The translations under genes and the position numbers were made by a program. Below are positions 39,641 to 52,684 of a DNA stretch of 64,000 nt, piece after piece (position 1 is the stretch's first letter; each line of letters opens with the position of its first letter). The notes beneath the pieces were generated by a model. The model did not search any database, had not been told where the DNA came from, and saw only the letters and a list, made by a program, of their open reading frames with translations. Source of the stretch: Callorhinchus milii (taxonomy: Eukaryota); contig NW_024704743.1 in the NCBI RefSeq assembly GCF_018977255.1, positions 59,460,001-59,524,000 of the forward strand. The letters run 5' to 3'.

Positions 39641-39759
39641 TGTGCAGTCCCCTCACGCTGCCATCTTGCAGGGCCAGGATGATGAGATCCCACCTCTAAT
39701 ATCTTATACTGAACAGGATGCTAATAGCAGCATGGGCTCTGTGGTATTATAATAATAAG

Positions 39760-40056
39760 ATAATAATAATCTTTGCATTTGATATAACGCTTTTCATGTC
39801 TTCTAGATGTCTCAAAGCACTTCACAGAATATATGGTAAGTGAATTGACTGTATATTTGTGGGCGAAATGCAGCAGCCAATTGTGCACTACAGTGTCCCA
39901 CAAACAGTCGTGGATTGAAGTGACCAATTTATTATTCTTTTTTTCTTGAGGGATATTATCAGGCGTGTGGAGTAAGGAAACTTGCCCAAGGTTTTGCCGT
40001 GCTGGGAATTGAACTCAGGTCTCTGGCTTGTAAGGCGAATGCTCTAACCACTGCTG
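39760..40056 (-). mobile_element. tRNA-derived SINE
   Basis: Reverse complement of head, body and tail. Confidence 0.9.
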
Positions 40057-40164
40057 TGGGGAGAATGAGAGCTCCAGTAATGTACATCTCTTGTGATGTG
40101 TCTGACCAAGAAATGCTTGACCCAATCAAGTCTTCGTCGCACCTGCTTAGACATCCCAGTGCTC

Positions 40165-40490
40165 TCCTTTGCTGCTGCCCTCGCTTCTGTCCCTCTCTGC
40201 TCTCCCTCTCTCACTGCTCTCCTTCCCTCACTGCTCTCCCTCAGTTGCTGCTCTCCTTCCCTCGTTGCTCTCCCTCTCTCACTGTTCTTCCTCGCTGCTC
40301 TCCCTCGTTGCTCTCCTTCCTTCACTGCTCTCCTTCCCTCACTGCTCTCCTTCCCTCACTGCTCTCCTTCCCTCGCTGCTCTCCTCCCTTGCTGCTCTCC
40401 TCCCTCGCTGCTCTACCTCCCTCGCTGATATCCCTCCCTCACTATTCTTCCTCGCTGCTCTCCCTCCCTTGCCGCTCTCCCTCACTACTG
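40165..40490. repeat. Pyrimidine-rich ~19-bp tandem repeat
   Basis: CTCACTGCTCTCCTTCC-like units. Confidence 0.9.
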
Positions 40491-40519
40491 CCCCTTATGT
40501 ACCACTACATGCGGAGCCA

Positions 40520-40858
40520 CCTTTTGGCACTTGTGCCGCTGGTCTAGACTGATAGTCCAACACAGTGCTGGGGGCGTGCTGCATTGTTGAAGGTGCTGTC
40601 TTTTGGATGAGATGTTAAAATAAGTTCCTGTTTGCTTTTTCACGTGGATGTTAAAAATCCCGTTGCAGTACTTGAAAAGAAAAGGGAGTTTCTTATGGTG
40701 CTGTAGCCAACAATCCCCCAGATATAACTGATCATTCACTTCATAGCTATTTGTGGAACAATGTGCAAATTGGCTGCTGCATTTATCTACGGAAACACAG
40801 CCACTACACTCTACACGCTCCTGACACGAAAGACGCAATATCAAATGTAAGGAATAAT
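40520..40858 (+). mobile_element. Deu-domain SINE relic
   Basis: ttttggatgagatgttaaa...gtggatgttaaaaatccc core. Confidence 0.75.
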
Positions 40859-41224
40859 GCTATCCGGTTGAACACCACCCCACCCCTGAAATGCTTGAGA
40901 CAACCTGTGGGCTGTGGCACGTGAAATGAACGTAGGTTTCTATAGGGAGAAACTACCTGCGACAAGCATTAAGGCATTTAAGCCAATTGCACTTAGCATT
41001 TAGGCGCACCGAGACGCTATCCTATTCAAATACAAATTGTTGTTATTGTTGCAGCGTAATGTTACAATAACAACTTTATAATAATAATAATCCTTTGCAT
41101 TTGATATAGTGCCTTATCAGGTCGCTGAGACGCCCCAAAGCCCCTGACAGAATACCCTGTGAAGTGAGTTGACTGTATTGGCTCCCAATGTGCTGTTTGC
41201 CCCCTGGAGTGGTTCAGGTGGGAG

Positions 41225-41395
41225 GGTGTGACCACGTGACACGGAGCCCCAGCCCGGGGGGGGGGGAGCACTGAGCTGCGCGCGCACAACAATGGACAGG
41301 GCGTGGTGGGTTGGGGAGGCTCAGTGCGCATGCGCGCGCCGCCTGCCCGCTGTCAGGGGACAGACAGAGAGAGAGAGAGGGACAGACGCAGAGCT
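41225..41395 (+). promoter_or_regulatory. DYNC1I1: Putative DYNC1I1 promoter and non-coding exon 1
   Basis: CpG-rich patch with E-box CACGTG (41233-41238), NRF1 consensus TGCGCATGCGC (41325-41335) and donor GTAAGT at 41396. Confidence 0.6.
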
Positions 41396-41576
41396 GTAAG
41401 TGCTGTCACTGCAGCCTCTGCTTTGCTGTATTTTAACAGTGTTGCAAATCAGTACAAACGTAGATGTCATTTGCAGCAAAAAAATGCATTATAACCTGGT
41501 GCATTTGAGCTGGTATTTGGTTTGATTCCTGCATCCTCATCACCATGGCGACTTGCCTCCCCTGCCCCCCCAGCCC

Positions 41577-41812
41577 CTGGCTGGGCTGGGCTGGGCTGCC
41601 TGGGCTGGGCTGGGCTGGGCTGCCTGGGTTGCCTGGGCTGGGCTGGGTTAGGCTGGGCTGCCTGGGCTGGGCTGCCTGGGCTGGGCTGGGCTGGGCTGCC
41701 TGGGTTGCCTGGGCTGGGCTGGGCTGCCTGGGCTGGGCTGCCTGGGCTGGGCTGGCTGGGCTGACTGGGTTGCCTGGGCTGGGTTGGGCTGGGCTACCTG
41801 GGCTGGGCTGTG
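41577..41812. repeat. (GGGCT)n pentamer array with GCCT interruptions
   Basis: Direct reading. Confidence 0.95.
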
Positions 41813-42939
41813 TCCGGCTGCTGCTGTTCTTGTGGTGGTTGAGGGCTGAATCGCTTTGTCTGAAAGGATGACTGACTGGTCTCTGGTGAGATGGGCGCCG
41901 GCGGCAGAGAAGAGAAAACAAGTGGCGTCAGCCCCAGCCCATCAGGACGGACCCGCGTGCTGCTGGTGCTGCTGGTGCTGGCGATGGCGATGGCCTGCAG
42001 CTGCTGCAGCTGTGATCTGTGCTGCTGCTCTGGTCCTTTGCTGCATCCTTCCCCGCCCATCAATAGGCTGCATGACGCCGAGCATCTGATATCCGATGAG
42101 CACTGTTGTTATTTACCCCCAAAGTCTCCCTCTTTTCAAACTTAATGCTGTTGTCACCACCGACTGAATTGCAGACAAGCTTCAGAGCGTGGATTTGCTG
42201 TCAAACCCCTTGACTCTTAAGATGTTTTTGTACATAAATATATACAATAGTCATTTTAATTTTGTTTGAACTTCTGTGAAGATAACTTGGAAAGTTCAGT
42301 GTATTTCCGCTGGAGCAGGTGTTTAATAGATGGTGTCAAGATTAGTGTTTTAAATAGGGTGAGTGGAGAGAAGCTGTGCTTTTTGTAGGTTAAATGGAGC
42401 GAGGATATGCTTTTGCTAAACGGAAATGGAGCAAAGCTAAATGGGAATTGAATAGGTAGGAGCAAACAGCAGCACAAACAAGAGGGTGATTCACTTCTCC
42501 TTTGCTGTAAAGTTTAATATCCTGTTTCTAATAACAATGTTAATTGCATGTTGCTCAAAGCAATAGTGCTTGCATAAAATACAATTCCTGTGCTTTTTGT
42601 TAATAGTAATAATAACATTAATACTTGTATTTGATATTGTGACTTGTGTTGGGAAGGCGTCTCAAAGCGCTTCACAGAATTTGCTGTCAATACAATTTAT
42701 ATGGTGCCTTAGATGTCACAAAGTGCTTGAGACGGCTGGCTGGGTAACCAAACTGGGTTTGGGAGAGGAAAGACGACCAAAACGCAAGGAAGAATGTCTA
42801 GAAACAGATGTTGAACAAGATGAAGGAGGAAGCAAGATGGAGGGGCTCCAAGTCTGCTGCCTACAACAACAAGATTACATTTGTATAGCACCTTTCACAT
42901 CAGGAGGATGTCCCAAGGCGCTGGACAGTGTAATCTCTC

Positions 42940-43500
42940 ACACTCTCAGTGACAGCCTACCTCTCACACCGTCTCCACTTCATCTCCACAAACGGTTTCT
43001 TCTCCAGCCCCCGCACCGTCTTGTGCGGAGTTCCTCAGGGCTCTGTCCTTGGTCCCCTCCTCCTCAATATCTATATGCTCCCTCTTGGTGACATCATTCG
43101 TAGACATGAGGTCAACTTCCACACGTGTGCGGATGACACCCAACTGTACCTCTGCGTCCATCTTCGACTCCAGGACCATTGCTGTCCAGACAGACTGCCT
43201 GTCAGACATCAAGTCCTGGATGAGAGCTAACTTTCTTCAGTTGAACGCTAATAAGCCCGAAGCTCTCCTGATTGGCTCCCGTCAGCGCCTCCATCCCACA
43301 GTCCCTCTGCCTTGTCCCCTCCCTTGCCTGCTTCAAGACCTGTCTCAAGACCCTCCTTTTCGACCATACATTTCATCATCCTCCTTCCGCCCATTGCCCT
43401 CCAGCCTCCCGATCCCGACCCCCAGCTCAGGTTCGAAACACTGATTGTCGAGTGCCTCGGGACGTCTTTCCGACGTGGAAGATGCAATACAAACTGTTAT
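42940..43500 (+). mobile_element. Internally deleted L2 LINE
   Basis: [13 protein letters not shown]...ADDTQLY, then [15 protein letters not shown], then a jump to the 3' tail. Confidence 0.9.
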
Positions 43501-46500
43501 TTTCTATTTCTTCTTTCCCGCCTTAAGGTTCCTAGACAAGAAACACAATTCTTTTGCTAATTCTCTATCTTCTAGGGCTGTGATAATGCCTCTTAAGTGA
43601 AGCATCAGAATAGCTTGAGTTAACTTTATTTTCTTCCCTCTGGGGGAAGTGCCTTATCTTTATCTTTGCTACTGCCTCGAGTGAGATTTGGAATCTCAAG
43701 CATTCCTGGATGCTACCCCATGGGAAGGACACTGTATAAATGCAAGTTGTTGTTGTTGAGATTTTGGAATTGTGTGCACTGACCTGAGCCATGGCTTAGT
43801 ATACATTACTCCAATCTGTAATGTGCCTCCTAGTATTTTTAAGAGTTTTGTGAATTATAGATTTCCAAGTACCAGCATGTTGTGGGTCATTGAGAAGCTT
43901 CCAGATGGTTACATCTAAACCGGTCATGCTTTTGAATCAGTTTTAGGAGCATTGTTATTTTTTTAATCCATCATCCCTTTCTTTCATTGTAATTGTGCAA
44001 GTGAATTATTGTATTGCAAAAAGAACAATAACTAGGGTTTAAATTTAAAGCATTGTTTTTGAGAGTCTAAAAAACCCCCAAACTTCAGACTGGTTTGTGT
44101 ATAATTAGCAGAAAGCAAAGACTGAATTTTGTGCGTAGCATTTTGACTCGTAGTAACTCCACTATTTTAATAGGTTTCTTCCTTTAATGAAGAGAAAGGC
44201 CTCGTCTACATTAAGGAACGTTCATTTAAATGATTAGTCTATAGTCTGAAGAGATTGGTTGACAAGATCTTCTTGTTATACTGTACTTTAATGTTTGATG
44301 CATGAAGCTTCAGAATTTTGAGAATCTTGCATGAAGTAGCTATTAAACTATAGAAATTGAGGCAGGCCTTCCCTGATATTTTATTTGATCATCGAATTTC
44401 TCAAATATCAATTTATTTATCCGTTAATTTATCCATCTCCCATTTAAATGCCTCATTGATTCTGTAGTTGGAGCTTTCTGGAGCAACAACTTGCATTTAT
44501 ATAGCACCCTTCACTTGGGGTAGAATCCTGGAGCAATTAACAGGTGCTCCTGGACAGTGAAAAGGGCAGTTGACCATTGGTGCATTTTGCAGTATTACAA
44601 CCCTTTGTGTGAGGAAATGGTCATCACCAACAGTGTCTTTCCTGTTGGTTCAGATTCCCTTTGCAGAGGGAAGAGTCATTCTCTATTTACATTGCCAATT
44701 CCTTTTATTCTCTATTCTCAACCAGATAACCACTTAATCTCCTTGGCTCTAGAGAATATAACTATCCTGTTATTATAGCTAAATCTCTTCATCTTGGGTA
44801 TGAAATTCTGGTGAATCATTTCTAGATGACCTCCAAAACTAGCATCACCTTTCGAAAGTATATCCAAAATTAAACAAAATGCTTCAGATTAGTTATCTGG
44901 ACAAGGCTCTACACAACTATAGTAGTACTTTTTTTATTTTTATAGGATAAACGTCTTGTGATTAAACTTTAGCTGATCTCAGCAGCGGCAAGAGGTTGTG
45001 ATGTTAAAATTGGCATCAGTGTCCCTGTGTTAGGGGTGATATAGTGCCTTTCATGCCCTCCTGAAATGCACTATATAAATGCAATAGGGTGGGAAAATTA
45101 GCCAAGGTGCCAGCTTGTGTGTGATGTCAGCATTGGGTTTGGTAGTCCCTTGTGGTTGCATATCCTGTCAATCGAAGTTGACTGGTACTTGTGGAACCGT
45201 GCTCCAGTAACTGGAGAAATAATTAATGGTCCTAAATACTAATATAATTGCAAAACATTACCAGTCTGAATGCTCTGAGCTTTACCCGTCTAAATGCTAC
45301 TAGCTATGAATCTCTAGCGCTGCTAACAATACCTGTCTTAGTGCTCTACTAGCAATACCCATCATCATTTATTTAGCAATGCTGTAGGCACAACCTCTCT
45401 TAACATTATTATGGTCTGTGATTAAAATTATGCTATGCCTCTGGGCTTGCTATGCAAGTTACTGAATATTTTTGTTAGCACAAAAGAACTTGTTAGAATT
45501 GGAACAGTTAATGACTCATTCAAAGAATGCTGCATTAATACTAATCCAAAAATTAAATGAGGCTATAAAATAACATTACCAACAGTAAGTTGAAAGTGAT
45601 TTTGATTAATAGAGTAAAGCTGTGACCCATTTTGAATGTCTGTAAAGAAGGACTTGTTAAGCTATATTTGATACAAACATTGTCTCAATTGGAATCAACT
45701 GAAGCCCATTAATTCTGACACCTAAAATCCCTTGACTCACAGGAACTGGAGTAGATCATTCAGCTCATCGAGCCATTACATTTGTGGCAAATCTTTAATT
45801 TCACTTTCCTGCCTTTTATCGGTAATCTCTTAATATCCTTTAATCAAGAACTATCTTGAATATTTCCATCAATTGTATCTAAGGCATTGTGAATCATATT
45901 TTTCTGTATGATTTTCTGTAGCTTCCCCATACACTAGCTTAGCTTTGTTTTTAAAGATATGTTCTCTTGTCCTGGATTTCCCAATTGAGGTGAGGCGTTG
46001 TTTCCTCACTATGTCTTCTTGTGCTTTTCTGCTTTCTATGTTGCAGACAGTCCCAAACTTGGCTTGGCACTCAAATGCTGCCTGAAAATGATTTAAATTA
46101 AAAGTATCTAAAGTTAACTCTTTCACTAGAAAATCATTTGCTTTTAGCCATACCTGTATGATGAACATTTAACAAAGATACAGGCAGCAGTATGCATTTT
46201 TCAATCCAGCTTGTGCTCCAAACCTGTTTTTGCCTCATGGATCCTTCATCACCATGGCGAAGGTCATGATATGGCAATTTCTGCAATTGAACTGTATAAG
46301 GATAGAATCCTAGGCAATGATAGTGTTCTGGGAGCAGGAGATTTGGTAAGTGAAAGCTTAACAGCTGACATTCTGCTTTGCCCTTTTGGATCAGATATCA
46401 GACCAGACCAGAATATCAGTGGAATTAGAAAAGCAGGGAAAGTAATGTTAACTTTGTGTAAAACTTGGTTGGATCACATTTTGACGTTACCGTAGCAAGC

Positions 46501-47779
46501 GACAAGCACAATGTAGATTTACTAGGCTGTTCCAGAGATGAGAGGATACAACTATCAGGGAAGACTGGACAAGTTAGAGCTTTTGATTGTTGATTTTAAC
46601 TAGTTTGCTCGTAGCTTCCCATTCTTCTGCCTAAGCCTTTGCAGTTCATGCCGAAAGCACCAATGCATGACTACAATTCTGTACATCTGCCCAGCAATTT
46701 CTGTGTTAACAAAAATGATGAAAATGTCCATGTTTTATATGTTTGCCAAAAAAATGTATTGACCAAAAGTTGTGTGCAATGTGCTAAATTGGAAATGAAT
46801 CATGCAGTTCCTCACCTTGATTTTGGCTTCCTTAATGATAAAATGGTACAGCATGAAGCCTAAATAATTAATTTGACTACATTATATAGAGCCTATGGGG
46901 TTCACAAGTAAATAGAAACACACTGTTAAAACCATGTTGCCACATACTTATTTCCTTTTGCATGTGTTTTGTATTTCAACTGCGAGCGCACACTGTTCCT
47001 GCCTGAAATAGCTTTGGGATAGCTATGTTCAGTTTATAATGCATATCTATGTTCATTGTTTCTTTCTGTACCATAGTTGAACACAATACTTCTTTGTTTA
47101 AACTGCAAGCTTCCATCTTTTTATAGCTTGTTTATTATATGCTGCATGAATTGTGGGTAAGGTGGCAAATCCAACTGGGATGCATGTCTCCTTAAGAGAT
47201 TTCAGGCAAAAAATAATGAGCTTTTTCTTTGTATGCTTTGTTGGAGCTGCCCTTGCAATTCTCTTCCATTCCCCCTCCTCAGGTCCTATTACTTCTGCTG
47301 CTTTTGCCACATGGGAAAGCTTTAATCCAAGTTGGCAGCCCCTTTGGGCAGTTTTGCAACTTTTCAGACGATAAATTATTGCAATGGTCATTTAACTGTT
47401 GGTAGTTGTGTTCCGTTTCAAATACTGAGGGGAAACTACCACAAGAATGTTTTTTTGAAAAGGCGAGGCGTTTTGGACTTGAAACATAGAATGCTTTGCC
47501 ACATGTGGACAGCAGTGTTACACTTAGTTTGGGTAAATGAAATGGGACAAGTAATTGATCTGGATGTGGGGGAAAATTTGCGAAACAGCAATCATAATAT
47601 AATTAGAACCTATGCAATAATAATTCTTGCACTTGATATAGCACAGTATCATGTCATTGAGACATCTCAAAGTGCTTCACAGGATATACTGTTAAGTGGT
47701 TTGACTGTGGGGGTTTGTGGGAAAAAAGATGTTTGACTGGAAAGCAAATTTCATAGAGATAAAGAGGGAGTTAGCATGG

Positions 47780-48840
47780 ATACATTAGTCACAGGTATTG
47801 ACGTACAAAACAGCTGATCAGCAATGAGATTTATTTAAAGTGAGATTGAAAGAGTGCAGAGCAGGCGCATTCCAAAAGGAGTTAAAGGGGTGCAGCAAAA
47901 CATATGGTACCGTGGCTATCAAAAAAAAATGAGGAAGAAAATGAAGCACAAGCGAGAAGCTCACGTAAAATGCAAATCTAATAGAACTCTGGAAAACCAT
48001 GAAATATATAAAAGGCATAGTAGAGGCAAAAGGGGAAATTAGGAAGATTAGGAGGGAACATGAAAAAGTGCTATCGGATAATATTAAGGGGAATAGTAGA
48101 GGTTGTATAAACATTAGAAGTAAAAGTGTAGCTCAGGAGGGAGTTGCGACACTTAAGATGAAAGCTGTAAATCATTGGTAGCGAATGAGGGTATGGTGGA
48201 ACTATTTAATGAGTATTTTGCCTCACTTCACAGAGAAGAGGGGTACTCCCACGGACATTTAAAGGAAGGGAATAAGGAACAGCTACTTGGGATACAAATC
48301 CAGAAGGAAACTATACTAAAAATGTTAGGGAAACTAACAATTGAAGTCGCAGGGTCCTGATGGGATGTATCCCAAATTATTGAGGGAAACCAGGGAGGAG
48401 ATAGTGGAGACTGTCGGTTTCCAAAAGCTGTTGGAGATCGGTCAGATGCCAAAGGATTGGAGGACAGCAGAAGTGCCACTGTTTAAGAAGAGTTACAAAT
48501 GATGAGCTGGGTAACTTCAGGACCATTAGTCTGGTCAGTTGTGAGTAAACTTTTGGAGGCAAAAATGAGGGACTAGGTTAGTGATCAGATAGGCATGAGT
48601 TGATCAGGGACACTCAGCGTGGAGTTGTAAAGGGCAGATCATAGTGGAAAGAGCTGTGAAAAAAGCTAACAATGTTCTGGGTTTTATACACAGGGCCAGA
48701 ATACAAAGGTGAAGGAATAATTTTAAGTTTGTGCGAATCATTGGTTACAACTGTTCTAATGTATTCATTCATGCTTTATAACATCACTTCAGGAAAGATG
48801 CTAATGCCTTGGAGGGGAACAGTGGAGATTTACAAGAATT
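47780..48840 (+). mobile_element. Degenerate CR1 ORF2 fragments
   Basis: ELFNEYFAS, GPDGMYPKLLRE and GNFRTISL-like motifs with frameshifts. Confidence 0.75.
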
Positions 48841-50899
48841 TGCACCATAATTGTCCACAGCTCCAGGTTAGCTAAGGTTTCCCTTGTTAATGTAGCCAAA
48901 CACAATAGTTTTAACTTGCTGCAGAAATTGTTTGGTGCAGAATTCTGCTTTGGCCTCCACAATTATAGGTCTCCTGAATATGGTTGGGCTTTAACTGTTT
49001 TCTGTTAACACTACAACAATTGGATACACAAGTGCCCATTTTCTGTGGCCATATTTATGCCATGTGTGTGGTCTCTGGAGCTGGAGATATATTTCTACAC
49101 TCATAGTCTGATTATTAAACAGTGATGCTTGGAAGTATCGGGCTCTCTGTCCTCAGAACTGAAAACCAATATTTTGCTACCGTTAGTTCTTCCCCCCACC
49201 CCCTTTGTCAACTATCATAGACAGTGCCTTGTTAGTCCCAAATAACAACCCAAATTGTTAGCTCTGTCTCAGAATTATAGAAGTGCATATTTTGATATTG
49301 TGAATCCGGTATGAAAATTGTTTACACTTTACAATTTACATTTTGTACACTTACAAATACACAAAGACATGCATATTTTGAAATAGGGGAGGGAAGGAGC
49401 AAGTCGGAGGGACCTTGGAATGAAGTTCCAGGGAGTGTGGGAAATGGCTATAGTGGGGCGAATCTTGAGGGAAGTGTCGGCCGAGCGAAGGGAACGCTTA
49501 ATGCTTAATTCATACAATGGGGTCTTTGGTGCACTGGTCTGCCACATGGACCAGATAATCTATCAGGGAGATAGTATATTTCAATACGTAATTAATGCTT
49601 GTGTGTTTGGTGACATAGTTAAAGCTTCATTTAGCTGCATTTCTTAGTGTTGAATATACACCAGTTGAGAATGAGAGCTCGGAGGTCCATAAAATCCCAC
49701 CCAGCTTTATAACAGGGTATGATCATTGGTGGCCAGTGCTTACTCATTCACTGCATTATATAATGTAGCTGTTAAAATGAGGTTCTATTGTACTTTACAG
49801 TGCTAGAGATGAAATGTCGCTCATGTAACCTAATGAAGTTTATTATAATTGTGCTCAAAATAAACTTCAAATGGATTGTCTTTTTAAATGAAAACATTTC
49901 ACATTTGGTCTTCCACTCTGAAATACGTCTGTGTATCTGAGCAAAAGACCAAAAATGTCTCTTATGTATATCAGGTTCTCTTTTTATATCAGTGCTGTGT
50001 TGTTACTTATATTTATTTCACCTTGTTACAGCCTGCCCATTGACAAGAGGTGAATCATTTTCTAATTTAGAAATTGGGCAGGGAAGCGCTATTGCAGAAT
50101 CAGTCCCTGGTGCAGAGTGTTTGTTATGGTTCCCTTGTGCAAGTCAGACTCGTGATTTTTTTTTTCTGTGGCATCTTGACTTTAGTTGTCACCATTTGGT
50201 GAACCTTTCTTTGTCAGAGTCCTGCATTACTGGGTTGACCTTGTTCTCTATCCTCTTGACGGTCCCCAGCTTTCATATGTAATAACTTTGAGACCTTCTT
50301 ATTGTAAAAGGCACTGTATAAATGTAACTTGTATTGGTACTATTTGGATATTTACCCAGAAGTTCTACCTCTTTCATATTTTAGCAGTCTGCCTTAACTA
50401 TTCTTTTACTACCATAATAGCTTTTAAAATGGAATTAGACAAAAATTGGAAAAGGGAAAACGCAGCCGTATTGTATATCAGTCAGTCCTTCGAATGAGAT
50501 GTTAACCTGAAATCCTGTCTGCCTATTCAGGTGGTTGTTACAGATCCCATGAGACTATTCAAAGTGAAAAGTGAAGAGAGTTTTGCCTGGTGGAAAATAA
50601 CACATTGCCCTCCTGTTCCTTGTAAAGGTCTTGCTGTAATTTATCTTTACATTTTAACCTAACCCACAGTGTGTGCTTTTTGTGGAGTTATAAATATTTG
50701 TTTTCCTTTAATTACAGTTCTACTGAAATGCTTCTGATTGGAACTTCTAAATAACCCACAGTAAGACTTCCAGTGAGTTGTGATATTGATTGTATCTATT
50801 CATAAAAATATAATTTTAGTATTTTTAAATTCTGAACAATCTTTGAGAAATAAGATGAGGAAATTGCAATAAGTGCTAACATGAGATTTGTACATGACT

Positions 50900-51110
50900 C
50901 AATAATAATCCCTCCAAAAACCCAAAACAATAATAAATTGGTCATTTTCAATCTACGACTGTTTGTGGGACATTGCTGTGCGCAATTGGCTGCTGTGTTC
51001 GCCCACAAATATATAGTCAATTCACTTTACAGTGTGTTCTGTGAAGTGCTTTGGGACGTCCTCCCGACGTGAAAAGCGCTATATCAAATGCAAGGATTAT
51101 TATTATTATT
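50900..51110 (+). mobile_element. tRNA-derived SINE, 3' half
   Basis: Body and tail nearly identical to 15820-16030. Confidence 0.85.
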
Positions 51111-51283
51111 GAATGTAGAAAACTTGAGTTGAGTGTTCTGGCCTCAACTACCCTTCCTATCAACCTATTCCTATTGTTAATTACCCTCTGAGTAAAGAAA
51201 AAACTTCCTTGTCTCTGCCCTGAAATTTCCCTTTACAACTCTAAACCTATGCCCTCTTGTTCTGCTGTCTTGGTGCAACAGAA

Positions 51284-51594
51284 GGCCTGTAACTCAGTGG
51301 TTGGAGCACTTACCTTGCAAGCGAGAAACCTGGGTTCAATTCTTGGCGGGGCGAAACCTTGGGCAAGTTTCCTTACTCCAAACGCCTGATAATAATCCCT
51401 CAAGAAAAAAAAACATAATAAAATTGGTCACTTCAATCCATGACTGTTTGTGGGACACAAACTGTGTACAATTGGCTGACCGGTTTCACCCACAAATATA
51501 CAGTTAGTTCACTTTACAGTATATTCTGTGCGGGGCTTTGAGACATCTAGAAGATGTGAAAAGCACAATATCAAATGCAAGGATTATTATTATT
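51284..51594 (+). mobile_element. tRNA-derived SINE inserted in a minus-strand CR1 relic
   Basis: Complete head, body and tail; CR1-like sequence flanks it. Confidence 0.88.
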
Positions 51595-52346
51595 CTAAAG
51601 TGTTGATCTGGGTTTACATTTTCAATCCATTTAAAATGTATACAACCCACATGGTGCAATCGCCATCATATCTGTACCTTTGGAGGAAGCAACTGATTGA
51701 TGCTAAATTATCCTCAGTCTCTTGGATTACAGTTAGTTGAAAAGCATCATTAGAAGAGTCCTGAGTTCGGAGCAAACTGCTTGCTTTAGTTGGGGAAAGG
51801 TCTATGATGTGGAAGTTTTTTTAAGATGTTGTTCACAAGTTTGAAAATGTTAAGCTGTACAACTCATCTTCTGATCCTCTGCTTGTCCACAATCCAGAAG
51901 TTTAAAATGAATCGACCAACTCAAATAGATTTGAACAACATATAAAATACTCAGAAAAGTTTAATAAACCAATGTCATCTTGAAATCATTTTAAATTGGA
52001 AATAAAATCTAAAGGCTGTGAATTTAACAACAACTTGCATTTATTTATTTACTTATTGTTTTTAAGTTCAAAATACAGCCTATACATAGGTCTGTTAGGT
52101 TTGTTATTCTACTATTATAGATAACAAGTTTCAAAATTACCTTCAGACCATTGAAGTGTTCAAATCGCTCTGATACATTGTGGTTAGAATGTTGTCTTCA
52201 AATCCATAATAATGTTGATTTCAAGTGCAATTTGAATCTCTTTATTTTATATATAATTATGTTTTAGTTGTCCACTGAATACTAAAGGATACTTTAGAAA
52301 TTGTTTGACATTGTATTCATTTGCAGGCTTAAAGACATATCTTTAA

Positions 52347-52502
<156 letters not shown>

Positions 52503-52684
52503 TAAATAATTCTAAATTGTTAAGATCAATTGTTAAGATCAAAATGGAGTCCTGTAGATTTGTGGGTAGAGCACTCGCCGCACAAGAGAGAAGATAGTGA
52601 AGACGTAATAAGGCTCTATATCAATTGCAAGATTTATTATTAAATAATGCTTCTACGATTCTTTTTGTGTATGTGTTTGGGGGG

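Noticed and set aside
41545..41871. ORF with strong Kozak context (GLGWA repeats)
   Set aside because: Translation of the GGGCT array.
46210..46345. Exon-like segment as an N-terminal extension of DYNC1I1
   Set aside because: Its ATG-initiated open frame spliced to either exon-2 acceptor hits a stop and is out of frame with MSDK.
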